The notes beneath the pieces are model-generated. The model was not told where the DNA came from. It was given only the letters and a program-made list of their open reading frames with translations, and ran no database searches. A program made the position numbers and the translations under genes. Shown piece after piece: positions 1-7,493 of a DNA stretch of 35,174 nucleotides; position 1 is the stretch's first letter, and each line of letters begins with the position of its first letter. Origin of the DNA: a virus (lineage: Duplodnaviria; Caudoviricetes); IMG/VR virus record IMGVR_UViG_3300050331_000106, positions 1 to 35,174 of that record; one strand, written 5' to 3'.

Positions 1-570
1 ATGCGTGAGCGCTGCTATCGCGTGACGAATGACGGATACCACCGATATGGCGGGCGCGGCATCACGGTCTGCGATGAGTGGCGCGAGTCGTTCAGCGCGT
101 TCCAGCGATGGGCACTGGCCTCCGGGTATCGGTCGGACAAAAGCATCGACCGCATCGACAACAACGGCCCATACCATCCAGATAATTGCCGCTGGGCAAC
201 CGACAAAATGCAGGCCCGCAACAAGGGCGAGGCAAAATCCCACCTTATAGTCGAGCACGATGGGAAGCGGCTGAACCTCTCTGAGTGGTCGCGCGCCACA
301 GGCATCGGTTACACCACCCTGGTGCAGCGATACAAAAAAGGCTTACGCGGAGGGGCGCTGCTCAAGCAACCGAGAAAGCCAGACAATTACAGGCTCCTGG
401 CGATGCGTGAACAAAACAACGGCAACGCGGCCCTCACGGACGGGCAGGTGGTATTCATCAGGACCAGCGAAGAAAGCGGCGCCGTGCTTGCAAAGCGGTT
501 CAAGGTGTCCGAATCCACCATTTCAATGATCCGCACCGGGAAGCGGCGGCAGGACGTGCCGACTATTTGA
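1..570 (+). CDS. HNH-type homing endonuclease-like protein with C-terminal HTH (may be 5'-truncated at window edge)
   Basis: YGGRGITVCDEW...SIDRIDNNGPYHPDNCRWAT motif typical of phage HNH proteins; C-terminal LAKRFKVSESTISMIR HTH. Confidence 0.8.
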   Translation: MRERCYRVTNDGYHRYGGRGITVCDEWRESFSAFQRWALASGYRSDKSIDRIDNNGPYHPDNCRWATDKMQARNKGEAKSHLIVEHDGKRLNLSEWSRATGIGYTTLVQRYKKGLRGGALLKQPRKPDNYRLLAMREQNNGNAALTDGQVVFIRTSEESGAVLAKRFKVSESTISMIRTGKRRQDVPTI

Positions 571-1513
571 CTTTGAACGCGCGCAGCATGGCGTCGCGTT
601 GCTGCTCGATCTGCATGTGGGCATAGCGCTCGGTCGTCTTCACGCTGCTGTGCCCGAGGATCTTCGACACGGTGAACAGGTCGGCGCCGGTGGCGATGAG
701 GATGCTGGCGCAGCTGTGGCGCAGGTCATGGAAGTTCACGTCTGGCATGCCGGCGTCCTCCCGCGCCCGCCGCCATGCGCTCTTGATTCCCTCGATGCCG
801 ACTTCCAGCGGGTAGTGTTTTAGCCATGGCCGCAGGGCGGGCACGATGGGCACGGTGCGGGTGCGCAGGGTTTTGGTGTTGCCAGCGTGGATGATTAGGC
901 TGTCACGGCCGATGTCCGCCTTTTGCAGCTTGACGATCTCGCCGCGCCTGGCGCCGGTGAGCAGCGCTGTCCAGATCGCGGCCTGCACGGGGGCGGTGCA
1001 GCGGCTGGCGATGGCCTGCACCTGGTCGAGCGATAGGTAGGTGCTGCGGGCGTTGTTCTCGGGCAGGCGCTTGACGTGGGCGCTGTAGTCGACGGGGATG
1101 AGGCCGCGCTCCCAGGCGAGGCGCAGCGCTTTCTTCAAGGTTCCGAGGCTGCGGTTGATGGTGCCGGCGGCGTAGTGGCCGCCCATGTCTTTGACGATGT
1201 GGGCGGCCGCCTGGCGGGCCTGGCTGGCGCGGTATTTTTCCAGCCACAGGGCGATGCGGCGGGCGTGGTCGAGGGCGGTCTTGGTGCTGCGCAGGGTCTC
1301 GGCGTGGCCGATGTACAGGCTGATGATTTCGGTGAGGCGCGGGTCGCTGGGGATGCGCGGCGTTTTGGCGACGCCCAGCGCGGCGCGCAGATCGGCCTCT
1401 AGCTGCTTGGCAGCACCCGCAGTTGCGTCTTGCGGCAGGATGCGGTGAACTCGGCGCCCGTCGACCATAATGCCGACGTGCCGCCGTCCCTTTTTGTCGG
1501 TCCAGATTGACAT
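563..1513 (-). CDS. int: Phage tyrosine recombinase (integrase)
   Basis: Catalytic motifs TGARRGE (R), NTKT (K), FHDLRH (HxxR), ILGHS (H), TERY (Y); ATG at 1513 (MSIWTD) preceded by GGGAGA. Confidence 0.93.
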   Translation of the reverse strand: MSIWTDKKGRRHVGIMVDGRRVHRILPQDATAGAAKQLEADLRAALGVAKTPRIPSDPRLTEIISLYIGHAETLRSTKTALDHARRIALWLEKYRASQARQAAAHIVKDMGGHYAAGTINRSLGTLKKALRLAWERGLIPVDYSAHVKRLPENNARSTYLSLDQVQAIASRCTAPVQAAIWTALLTGARRGEIVKLQKADIGRDSLIIHAGNTKTLRTRTVPIVPALRPWLKHYPLEVGIEGIKSAWRRAREDAGMPDVNFHDLRHSCASILIATGADLFTVSKILGHSSVKTTERYAHMQIEQQRDAMLRAFKVK

Positions 1514-1680
1514 GGTTGATTCTCCCGCAGCCAGGCTTTGCACTCGTCCAGATCATAGCGCTTCGCCCTGATCCCGACGGGAGTATAGGGCATGCCGTCC
1601 AGTTCGAGCCGCCGGACGGTGGACTCGCTGATGGTAAGGGCCGCGCAAAGCTGCTGGCGGGTGAGGGCGGCGGTGGTCAT
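1399..1680 (-). CDS. Excisionase-like winged-HTH protein
   Basis: LTRQQLCAALTISESTVRRLELDGMP...RYDLDECKAWL pattern, immediately upstream of and overlapping int. Confidence 0.75.
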   Translation of the reverse strand: MTTAALTRQQLCAALTISESTVRRLELDGMPYTPVGIRAKRYDLDECKAWLRENQPCQSGPTKRDGGTSALWSTGAEFTASCRKTQLRVLPSS

Positions 1681-1727
1681 GGGTGTGTTTGTCGGCTTGT
1701 TTGGGTGATATACACCTGCGCAGGTGT

Positions 1728-2132
1728 CTATTGCGTGTTGTGCCCCTCACCGCCTAGCTCAATCGCCGCCGCGATCCGGCGTTTCACGTCCGCCGCTCCG
1801 GCTTCATAGCCGGCGTGGTATCCGGGCAGAAGATCGGTGGCCGGCGAAAGGCGCATGATGTCGCGCTCAATCTTGCGCAGGTCATCGATCAATTCTGCGG
1901 TAACTCTCCGGTTGAATTCATCGATTGGCAGCGCCATTGTTTCTTCGGCTTGCCGCATCGCGGCATCACGTCCGCGAATAACGCCGGCCAGGCGGAAGTC
2001 TCCGCGTGCTGTCTGCCAGCAATAGCTGTCGCTGCCCGAGTATTGCGTCACATGGCAATAGGTTCTTTCTGCAAAAATACGGTCCCATTGGTCTGTTTCC
2101 GCTTTCAGGTTTTGTTTCCAGTCTTCGTGCAT
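1728..2132 (-). CDS. Hypothetical protein (attC cassette 1 gene)
   Basis: 134-aa ORF with AGGAGAACGAA leader; almost exactly fills the interval between the GTTGTGC core at 1737 and attC1. Confidence 0.75.
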   Translation of the reverse strand: MHEDWKQNLKAETDQWDRIFAERTYCHVTQYSGSDSYCWQTARGDFRLAGVIRGRDAAMRQAEETMALPIDEFNRRVTAELIDDLRKIERDIMRLSPATDLLPGYHAGYEAGAADVKRRIAAAIELGGEGHNTQ

Positions 2133-2156
2133 TTCGTTCTCCTATCAATCGCCGGG

Positions 2157-2232
2157 GCACAACACGTTGGTCAAGCCGACCCACTACAGCGGCTTTGCCG
2201 CTTCCGTGGTCGGCTTACCGCTGGCGTTATGC
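2157..2232 (+). other. Integron attC recombination site (attC1)
   Basis: R'' GCACAAC, 5 nt, L'' GGT(C)AAGC ... L' GCTTACC, 6 nt, R' GTTATGC; imperfect palindrome with the extra base in L''. Confidence 0.85.
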
Positions 2233-2234
2233 GC

Positions 2235-2618
2235 CTACGGGCAGCAGCTATGGACGTACCGCGTGAAACTCAGCCCGCACTTGCCGCACCGCTCAGGGCT
2301 TCCGTCTTCGCCGTTTTCCCAGTCATGGCGGCACTCCTCGTTAATTGCTGGCGTCACATGCACCGCTACGCCAAGCGCTTCGGCCCGCTCTACCCGGCCC
2401 CAGTCAATGGGAGTTTGCGATTTGGTGCAAGTCGGCACTTCTGGCAAGTTTTTGCTGCTCTCCACTTCCTTGACCACCACGCTCAGGTGCTCAAGAAACA
2501 TCACTCCGCCATCCGGGTTTGGTATGTCCATCGCCCGAATTTCCCTCTTTATCGCCGTCGCCAGATCGCCAACATCCATCTCGCCCAATTCGATCACCAT
2601 CTCAAGTTTTACTTTCAC
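2235..2618 (-). CDS. Hypothetical protein with C-terminal Cys-rich motif (attC cassette 2 gene)
   Basis: GTG at 2618 preceded by AAGGAGAACGAA, the same leader as the cassette 1 gene; C-terminal CRH...CGKC...SCCP; in frame with the upstream ORF starting at 3047. Confidence 0.65.
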   Translation of the reverse strand: MKVKLEMVIELGEMDVGDLATAIKREIRAMDIPNPDGGVMFLEHLSVVVKEVESSKNLPEVPTCTKSQTPIDWGRVERAEALGVAVHVTPAINEECRHDWENGEDGSPERCGKCGLSFTRYVHSCCP

Positions 2619-3047
2619 TTCGTTCTCCTTTGGTTGGTCGCGCATAACACGGCGGTCAACAGCGACCGCGCTGAAGCGCGGCGCGTTACCTAATGCGTTA
2701 TGCGCCAAACCGCCAGTTTGCGAATTTGTGCAAGTTGGCATAATTTGCAAGTTGCACGGCGGCAATGGCATTGGTCTCCATGTGGCGGCTGCACACTTCT
2801 GGTTGCTGTGCCAAAAAATGCCGCCGATCCACGCGCCATGCACAGTTTTACCGTGGCGCACAAACAAAACCTCCTGTGCTTCATTCGGCAATTCGTCCAC
2901 AACATCACGCCATCCGGTCGCCGCGCTTATCCCTGCATTCCATGCGGCCTGCCAGTTCATCCATGCCACTTCCGTCTGAATGTCCATGTCGTCCGTCACT
3001 GGGAAACGGTGCCATTTTTCAAACTCCGCCTTCATCTTCTCAAGCAT
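2235..3047 (-). CDS. Cassette 3 gene (DUF551-like N-terminal part) reading through attC2 into the cassette 2 gene
   Basis: ATG 3047 with AGGA leader; GWRDVVDELP...EVLF...TWRPMPLPP resembles the phage DUF551 pattern; no stop before attC2. Confidence 0.6.
   Translation of the reverse strand: MLEKMKAEFEKWHRFPVTDDMDIQTEVAWMNWQAAWNAGISAATGWRDVVDELPNEAQEVLFVRHGKTVHGAWIGGIFWHSNQKCAAATWRPMPLPPCNLQIMPTCTNSQTGGLAHNALGNAPRFSAVAVDRRVMRDQPKENEVKVKLEMVIELGEMDVGDLATAIKREIRAMDIPNPDGGVMFLEHLSVVVKEVESSKNLPEVPTCTKSQTPIDWGRVERAEALGVAVHVTPAINEECRHDWENGEDGSPERCGKCGLSFTRYVHSCCP
2642..2703 (+). other. Integron attC recombination site (attC2)
   Basis: R'' GCATAAC, 5 nt, GGT(C)AAC ... GTTACC, 6 nt, R' GTTATGC; 62 bp. 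Confidence 0.85.
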
Positions 3048-3118
3048 ATAATTTCCTATAAGGTGTAATTTTCTATAACCAGTAAGCCATTGAAAATTAA
3101 TGTGATCTTGAAAACTAC

Positions 3119-3180
3119 GCCTAACACGGCGGTCAACAGCGACCGCGCTGAAGCGCGGCGCGTTACCTTATGCGTTATGC
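3119..3180 (+). other. Integron attC recombination site (attC3)
   Basis: GCCTAAC...GTTATGC; 60/62 nt identical to attC2. Confidence 0.85.
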
Positions 3181-3183
3181 CGC

Positions 3184-3384
3184 TCATTCATCGGGCGGCA
3201 ATGAACGCCATGTCGGGCGTCTGGTGAACCCTGCTGCTTTCATCTTCTCTGACCGGGTAGCCTCGCGCCATGCAGCGCACGATGCGCACGCTGATTTTGG
3301 CTTTAGCCCACCGTAACAGCAGCGTCCTAACACGGCATCCGAGCGGGACGATCCGCTATCAGCTTTGTTCTTCGCATCAGTCAT
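3184..3384 (-). CDS. Hypothetical protein
   Basis: 66-aa ORF translationally coupled (ATGA overlap) to the upstream gene; ends just before the attC3 core. Confidence 0.6.
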   Translation of the reverse strand: MTDAKNKADSGSSRSDAVLGRCCYGGLKPKSACASCAAWREATRSEKMKAAGFTRRPTWRSLPPDE

Positions 3385-3563
3385 GCCGCATCCCGCATCG
3401 GCACATCCCGCGCCGCCCGCTGGGCCTCCGCTCGCGCAGCGCCTTCGACGGCGATGCGCACGGCCTTGCTCTCCATGCCGCGCTCGAACGGGATGCCCAT
3501 CTTCGCCAGCGCTGTTTTGGCGTAGTGGCGGCGCAGGGTCTGGTCGGTGGTTTCAGGCTGCAT
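3381..3563 (-). CDS. Hypothetical phage protein
   Basis: MQPETTDQ..., start overlaps the end of the upstream gene; GGAGG RBS. Confidence 0.6.
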   Translation of the reverse strand: MQPETTDQTLRRHYAKTALAKMGIPFERGMESKAVRIAVEGAARAEAQRAARDVPMRDAA

Positions 3564-4008
3564 TGAGCACCTCCCCGCGATCCACACGCCGCCTTACTTC
3601 GAGCATGGCGTCTCGGCACTCTCGGCGCGGGACGATGGCGATCTGCTGTTCGTGCAGGTGGGCGCAGTCGTTGATGGCCTGCATCTCGGGGCCGCTGAAT
3701 CCCCACTTGCCGGTGCGGCGCTGGCGTTCGAGGATCTCGACCAGGGCGTCCTGCGCGGCTTGCACGCAGCCCATGCCCTCGGGGCCGACGCCGCGCTCGC
3801 ACAACACCAGGCTGACGTTCACCAGGGCGGCGATGGTGTGGAAGTCGAGCTCGACGCCCATGCCGAGGCGCATGCGCTCGATGCTGTTGTGGATGGCGAG
3901 GCCGAGGTCGAGCAGCTGGTCGTCGTCCATTTCGTGTTGCATGCTGAGGGCGCGCTGCCAGGCGGTGGGGTCGACGCGGTAGGGGCGGTATTTTGAATGC
4001 TTACGCAT
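3553..4008 (-). CDS. Hypothetical phage protein
   Basis: 151-aa ORF in a coupled leftward operon, coding-like composition. Confidence 0.75.
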   Translation of the reverse strand: MRKHSKYRPYRVDPTAWQRALSMQHEMDDDQLLDLGLAIHNSIERMRLGMGVELDFHTIAALVNVSLVLCERGVGPEGMGCVQAAQDALVEILERQRRTGKWGFSGPEMQAINDCAHLHEQQIAIVPRRECRDAMLEVRRRVDRGEVLNAA

Positions 4009-4273
4009 CTGGCGGCTCCGGGAATTCCATCCAGTGGGTGATATGTGCGTAGCTGATCGGCTCGCTGCTCACGTATCGCCATTCGCCTGCGTCCATGTAC
4101 CCGGTCCACACTTCGCCGTCGTCCATTGCGATCAGGACGGTCTGGTCGTCATCCGGCAGGCGCTCGGTGGCGCTGATCCAGCGCACAACCGCGCTCCCTT
4201 CTGGAACCGCATTTCTGAACGCATTGGCTGCGTTGTCGGCCATGTCGTGGGCGGAGAAACAGTCATCGCTCAT
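4001..4273 (-). CDS. DUF551-like phage protein
   Basis: WISATERLPDDDQTVL...ITHWMEFPEPP motif; TGATG coupling to the upstream gene. Confidence 0.75.
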   Translation of the reverse strand: MSDDCFSAHDMADNAANAFRNAVPEGSAVVRWISATERLPDDDQTVLIAMDDGEVWTGYMDAGEWRYVSSEPISYAHITHWMEFPEPPDA

Positions 4274-4767
4274 CACCAGTTCCCTCCTGAATACATGCCA
4301 GACCCGATGGCGGCGCGCACGAGGCTGCCCTGGCCGCCGCTGCGGAATCTTGATATTTCCGGGTTGTCGCCGCTGTTGTATACGAGGCGGCCTTCCGGTT
4401 TCTTCGGCTCGCTTGCCGCCCTGGCCTGGCGCTTGCGCTCGGCATAGGCTTCGGCGTTGGCGTAGTTGTTGCGGCGCTGGCGGTCGAGGTACTGCTCGCG
4501 CACTTTCTCGGCGCTGACGGTGGTGTCGACCAGGGCGACGTAGCACCTGGCGCGCGGCTTGCCGGCGGCGGCGATCTCGGCGGTGGCCAGCATGAAGGCG
4601 ATGTATCCGCGCATGGTGTTGGGTGCCATGTCGCCCGCGGCAGCGCTGGCGGCAGCAAGCAGGGCCGGATAGGTCGCCATCGGGTGCGCGCGCAGGTAAT
4701 CGAGCACGGCCTGTCGGCGGGCCTGGGCGAGTCTGAGCTTGGGCAGGTTGTAGTCGTCGCGCGTCAT
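4273..4767 (-). CDS. Hypothetical protein, possible winged-helix DNA-binding
   Basis: MTRDDYNL..., RRQAVLDYLRAHP; ATGA coupling. Confidence 0.65.
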   Translation of the reverse strand: MTRDDYNLPKLRLAQARRQAVLDYLRAHPMATYPALLAAASAAAGDMAPNTMRGYIAFMLATAEIAAAGKPRARCYVALVDTTVSAEKVREQYLDRQRRNNYANAEAYAERKRQARAASEPKKPEGRLVYNSGDNPEISRFRSGGQGSLVRAAIGSGMYSGGNW

Positions 4768-5021
4768 GCGGATTTCTTCCTGAACAGAATGGGGTGGGCG
4801 ACCATCGCGGCGACGATGCCGACGGGGCCGCCGAGCAGGGTGGCGACGATCTCGGTCGGGCTGGCGCTCGGCACCAGGCGCCACAGGAATATCTGCGCGC
4901 AGCCGATGCCCAAGCTGGTGAGCACGGCGGCTTTGTAGTGCCGGCCGACCACATTTTGCTGTTGTGTCCCGAGCAGGAACACGGTGAAAAACGACGACAG
5001 GAAAAGGGTGAGGTGTGTCAT
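4764..5021 (-). CDS. Small membrane protein
   Basis: 85 aa, about three hydrophobic segments; GAGGA RBS before ATG 5021. Confidence 0.7.
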   Translation of the reverse strand: MTHLTLFLSSFFTVFLLGTQQQNVVGRHYKAAVLTSLGIGCAQIFLWRLVPSASPTEIVATLLGGPVGIVAAMVAHPILFRKKSA

Positions 5022-5031
5022 GGTGTCCTCG

Positions 5032-5301
5032 CTATTCCGCGCACGCCTCGGCAAACCGCTTGAGGCAGCCGCCGCGCACCTTGGCGAGGGCAAAGTCCTG
5101 AAACTTCAGCATCGCGGCGAGGTCGGCGGGCATGGGGGTGCGCTCGGGCCAGCTCTTGCGGATTTCGGCGCACAGTTCCTGCAAGGCGTCGCAAACCATG
5201 CGCACGTCGCTGAGGATCTCGGTGCGCTGCTCGACCACGCCGATGCGCTGCTGGCTGGCGTGGGTGATGCCGCCGCGGTCGTTGAGGTGAAGGCTGCTCA
5301 T
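5032..5301 (-). CDS. Hypothetical protein
   Basis: MSSLHLND..., coupled to the upstream gene, AAGGAG RBS. Confidence 0.6.
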   Translation of the reverse strand: MSSLHLNDRGGITHASQQRIGVVEQRTEILSDVRMVCDALQELCAEIRKSWPERTPMPADLAAMLKFQDFALAKVRGGCLKRFAEACAE

Positions 5302-5588
5302 CGCCATCCGCTCCTTTCTGCCTCAGTCGGGGTTGCCGGCAAGCCCATTTCAATGCGCAGATCGGCGATCCGTTGCGCACGCTCCGGGCCCCAAGCCGTG
5401 TCGGCGAGCGTGAAGCTGAACGCGACCGGCAGAATCTTGGCCTGCGCCTCGTGCAGCAGCGTCAGCGTGCCGTATTGCTTTTCGTGGCGCTCAGTGTCGC
5501 CGGCGGACAGGTATCGATCGAGAGTGGCGCTGATGGCGTCGCTGATTTCGATCAGCTCGCTTTTCGTGAATTCGATGAGCGCGCTCAT
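5298..5588 (-). CDS. Hypothetical protein
   Basis: 96-aa ORF, GGAGG RBS, ATGA coupling. Confidence 0.65.
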   Translation of the reverse strand: MSALIEFTKSELIEISDAISATLDRYLSAGDTERHEKQYGTLTLLHEAQAKILPVAFSFTLADTAWGPERAQRIADLRIEMGLPATPTEAERSGWR

Positions 5589-5707
5589 GCGGCACCTCCG
5601 AACGCTGCTGCGATGGCGTGCAGCACGGCGTAGAGGGCGGTGGCGACGCCATAGGTCAGCAGGATGAGTCCTGCACCGGCTGCGATGATCGGGGCGGCGT
5701 ATCTCAT
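5585..5707 (-). CDS. Small hydrophobic protein (40 aa)
   Basis: MRYAAPIIAAGAGLILLTYG...; ATGA overlaps at both ends; below the ORF-track cutoff. Confidence 0.5.
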   Translation of the reverse strand: MRYAAPIIAAGAGLILLTYGVATALYAVLHAIAAAFGGAA

Positions 5708-5877
5708 GCTGGCAGCACCTGCGCGATGAGTTGCACCAGGAGGTACGCGCCGACGACGATGGCGCAGACGGCGAAGATCATGGCGCTGTCGTGCATGCGA
5801 CGGGTGAAGCGCTCGCGGCGCAGGCCGGTTTCGGCGGCGCGCACCAGGGCGCTGCGGGTGGAGAGTCCAAGGTTCAT
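5704..5877 (-). CDS. Small membrane protein (57 aa)
   Basis: MNLGLSTRS...AMIFAVCAIVVGAYLLVQLIAQ; GAGGA RBS. Confidence 0.55.
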   Translation of the reverse strand: MNLGLSTRSALVRAAETGLRRERFTRRMHDSAMIFAVCAIVVGAYLLVQLIAQVLPA

Positions 5878-5891
5878 GTTTGCGATTCCTC

Positions 5892-6059
5892 CTAGACCCC
5901 GGCCACGCCGGTCAGCGCGCCCAGGAAGACGATGCCGGACACCAGCAGCGCGATGGTGAAAACGAAGCGCGGTGCGAAGCCGCCCGCGCCGAGCTGCAGG
6001 ACGATGACGCCGAGCAGGAAGACGATGCCGGCGATTCCCAGGGTGATGATGCTGATCAT
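5892..6059 (-). CDS. Small two-TM membrane protein
   Basis: MISIITLGIAGIVFLLG...; AGGAGA RBS. Confidence 0.6.
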   Translation of the reverse strand: MISIITLGIAGIVFLLGVIVLQLGAGGFAPRFVFTIALLVSGIVFLGALTGVAGV

Positions 6060-6084
6060 GGTCGTTTCTCCTATTTGCCGGGGT

Positions 6085-6318
6085 TCAGGCGGCAATCCTC
6101 ATCTGATAGATCCGGCGGTTGAGCGCCATTTCGGCGGCCTCGGCGAACAGCTCCGCGCCTTCCGCCTGGCCGGTCGCGTCGAGCACGTCGGCGATGTCGG
6201 CCAGCTCGGTGTACATGTCCCACCACTCTCCGGTGATTTCGGCTCTTGCCCACAGCTTGCTCAGCTTCTGCTCGGTGAGCGTTTGCTCGGCCTGTTTCTG
6301 CTCCGTCAGTGTCTGCAT
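6085..6318 (-). CDS. Hypothetical protein, first gene of the PL operon
   Basis: GAGGAGG RBS, directly downstream of PL. Confidence 0.7.
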   Translation of the reverse strand: MQTLTEQKQAEQTLTEQKLSKLWARAEITGEWWDMYTELADIADVLDATGQAEGAELFAEAAEMALNRRIYQMRIAA

Positions 6319-6373
6319 GGTTGCCTCCTCGTTTAGGGGTCGCCCCTGGGCGCGTTGGCGCTGGGGAGATTCC

Positions 6374-6415
6374 AGACTAAGGCATACCTAACACACTGTC
6401 AATAGGTGTGCCTAA
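6374..6415 (-). promoter_or_regulatory. Leftward early promoter PL with two repressor operators
   Basis: Minus strand TTGACA (6402-6397), 17 nt, TAGTCT (6379-6374); overlapped by TAAGG-CATA-CCTAA (6378-6391) and ATAGG-TGTG-CCTAA (6402-6415). Confidence 0.8.
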
Positions 6416-6587
6416 GTTTTATGGCAAAATGAAGCCACGCCCGGATTGGGCGGTCAAAAAGGAGCTAGGGATGGATCAGACGGACAGCGGAATGCCTCGG
6501 CAGGACGCCGATGGCAAGGGGATGACGATCACGGTGCGCGCCGATGCAACGGAGCTGCAGGCGCTTTTGAGCGAACTGGGGGAAGCC

Positions 6588-6785
6588 CTAGAAGCGGCCC
6601 CGCTCCACGTTCGCAAGCTGGCGTTCGATCTCTTCGATCATGCGTCGGAGCTTGTGTGTGTCCAGGATGGCGTGACAGAAGGGGCAGGCATTACCGTGCT
6701 GCTTGAACCATCGCAGCTGCTTCGTGATCTTGTTGCTGCAATGCGCGCAGGTGATCTTGAGGGGCTGGCTATCCAGCGCTCCCAT
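6588..6785 (-). CDS. Small zinc-ribbon protein
   Basis: CAHC...CPFC; AAGGGA RBS. Confidence 0.65.
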   Translation of the reverse strand: MGALDSQPLKITCAHCSNKITKQLRWFKQHGNACPFCHAILDTHKLRRMIEEIERQLANVERGRF

Positions 6786-6822
6786 TAACGGTCCCTTGAT
6801 TATTTAGAACAGGGGTTTCGGA

Positions 6823-7224
6823 TCACGGCGTCGCCGCACCGACGACGCGGTTGAAGTCGAGCGCGGCCTTGTATCTGTCCGGCTGGCATCCGTAGATGTT
6901 GGCGCACGATATCTTGACGGGAATCCGGTATGCCCCTCCACCCATCGGCTCCTTGGTGACCAGCACGGCGATGCCTGGGCTGTATTGCGCCGGGTTGTAG
7001 GTTTCGATCAGCACGTTCGTCGCCGTCTGGATTTTGTAACCCGCGTTGTGCACGACCCAAAGCTGGGCGGCGTCCCATTTCGCGTTGCAGTCCTCGGCCC
7101 CCGCGCAAGTGGGGGTGGTCTTGTTGATCTCGTCGAGCAGTGCCTGGCGCTGCGGATTAGGCGTCACGGCGCACCCGATCAGGGTGGCGGAAGCGATGAG
7201 TGCTGCGAGCAGTTTGCTTTTCAT
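6823..7224 (-). CDS. Lipoprotein (possible superinfection exclusion / lysogenic conversion)
   Basis: Signal peptide with LIGC lipobox; co-oriented downstream of cI. Confidence 0.75.
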   Translation of the reverse strand: MKSKLLAALIASATLIGCAVTPNPQRQALLDEINKTTPTCAGAEDCNAKWDAAQLWVVHNAGYKIQTATNVLIETYNPAQYSPGIAVLVTKEPMGGGAYRIPVKISCANIYGCQPDRYKAALDFNRVVGAATP

Positions 7225-7255
7225 GGTGGTGTTATCTCCCTTGGTTGATCAAATT

Positions 7256-7492
7256 TTAATTATCTGCCTTCGTCTTGGTCGCAAGGTGTACGGCCAGGCT
7301 GAACGCCGCGCCTGTCGCGCTTCCATTGCTGGCGAGCGCGCCGCCGCAGTCGTACACGAGGTCGTGCCGCCCTTTCAGCTTGGCTGCGAACATAAACCCG
7401 CGCAGTTTGCCTGAGTCGCGCAGCTTCACCAGCTCGTCGATCATTTCGCCCACGTCGTGGGGGTTGAGGTCCATCGAACGGATCGTGCTCAT
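7256..7492 (-). CDS. Hypothetical protein co-transcribed with the repressor
   Basis: MSTIRSMDL... starts 1 nt after the cI stop. Confidence 0.65.
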   Translation of the reverse strand: MSTIRSMDLNPHDVGEMIDELVKLRDSGKLRGFMFAAKLKGRHDLVYDCGGALASNGSATGAAFSLAVHLATKTKADN

Positions 7493-7493
7493 T

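Noticed and set aside
563-1513. Integrase as the integron integrase IntI for the attC array
   Set aside because: The IntI-specific insertion before the HxxR box is not visible, and it is paired with a xis-like gene as a normal phage integrase. A role is not excluded but is unsupported.
2642-3180. CRISPR array or REP repeats
   Set aside because: Repeats are 62 bp separated by ~415 bp containing genes, and no cas genes are present. The geometry fits attC.
6408-6788. 126-aa plus-strand ORF
   Set aside because: Overlaps the minus-strand CxxC-CxxC ORF, which has an RBS and matches operon direction; its start lies within an operator.
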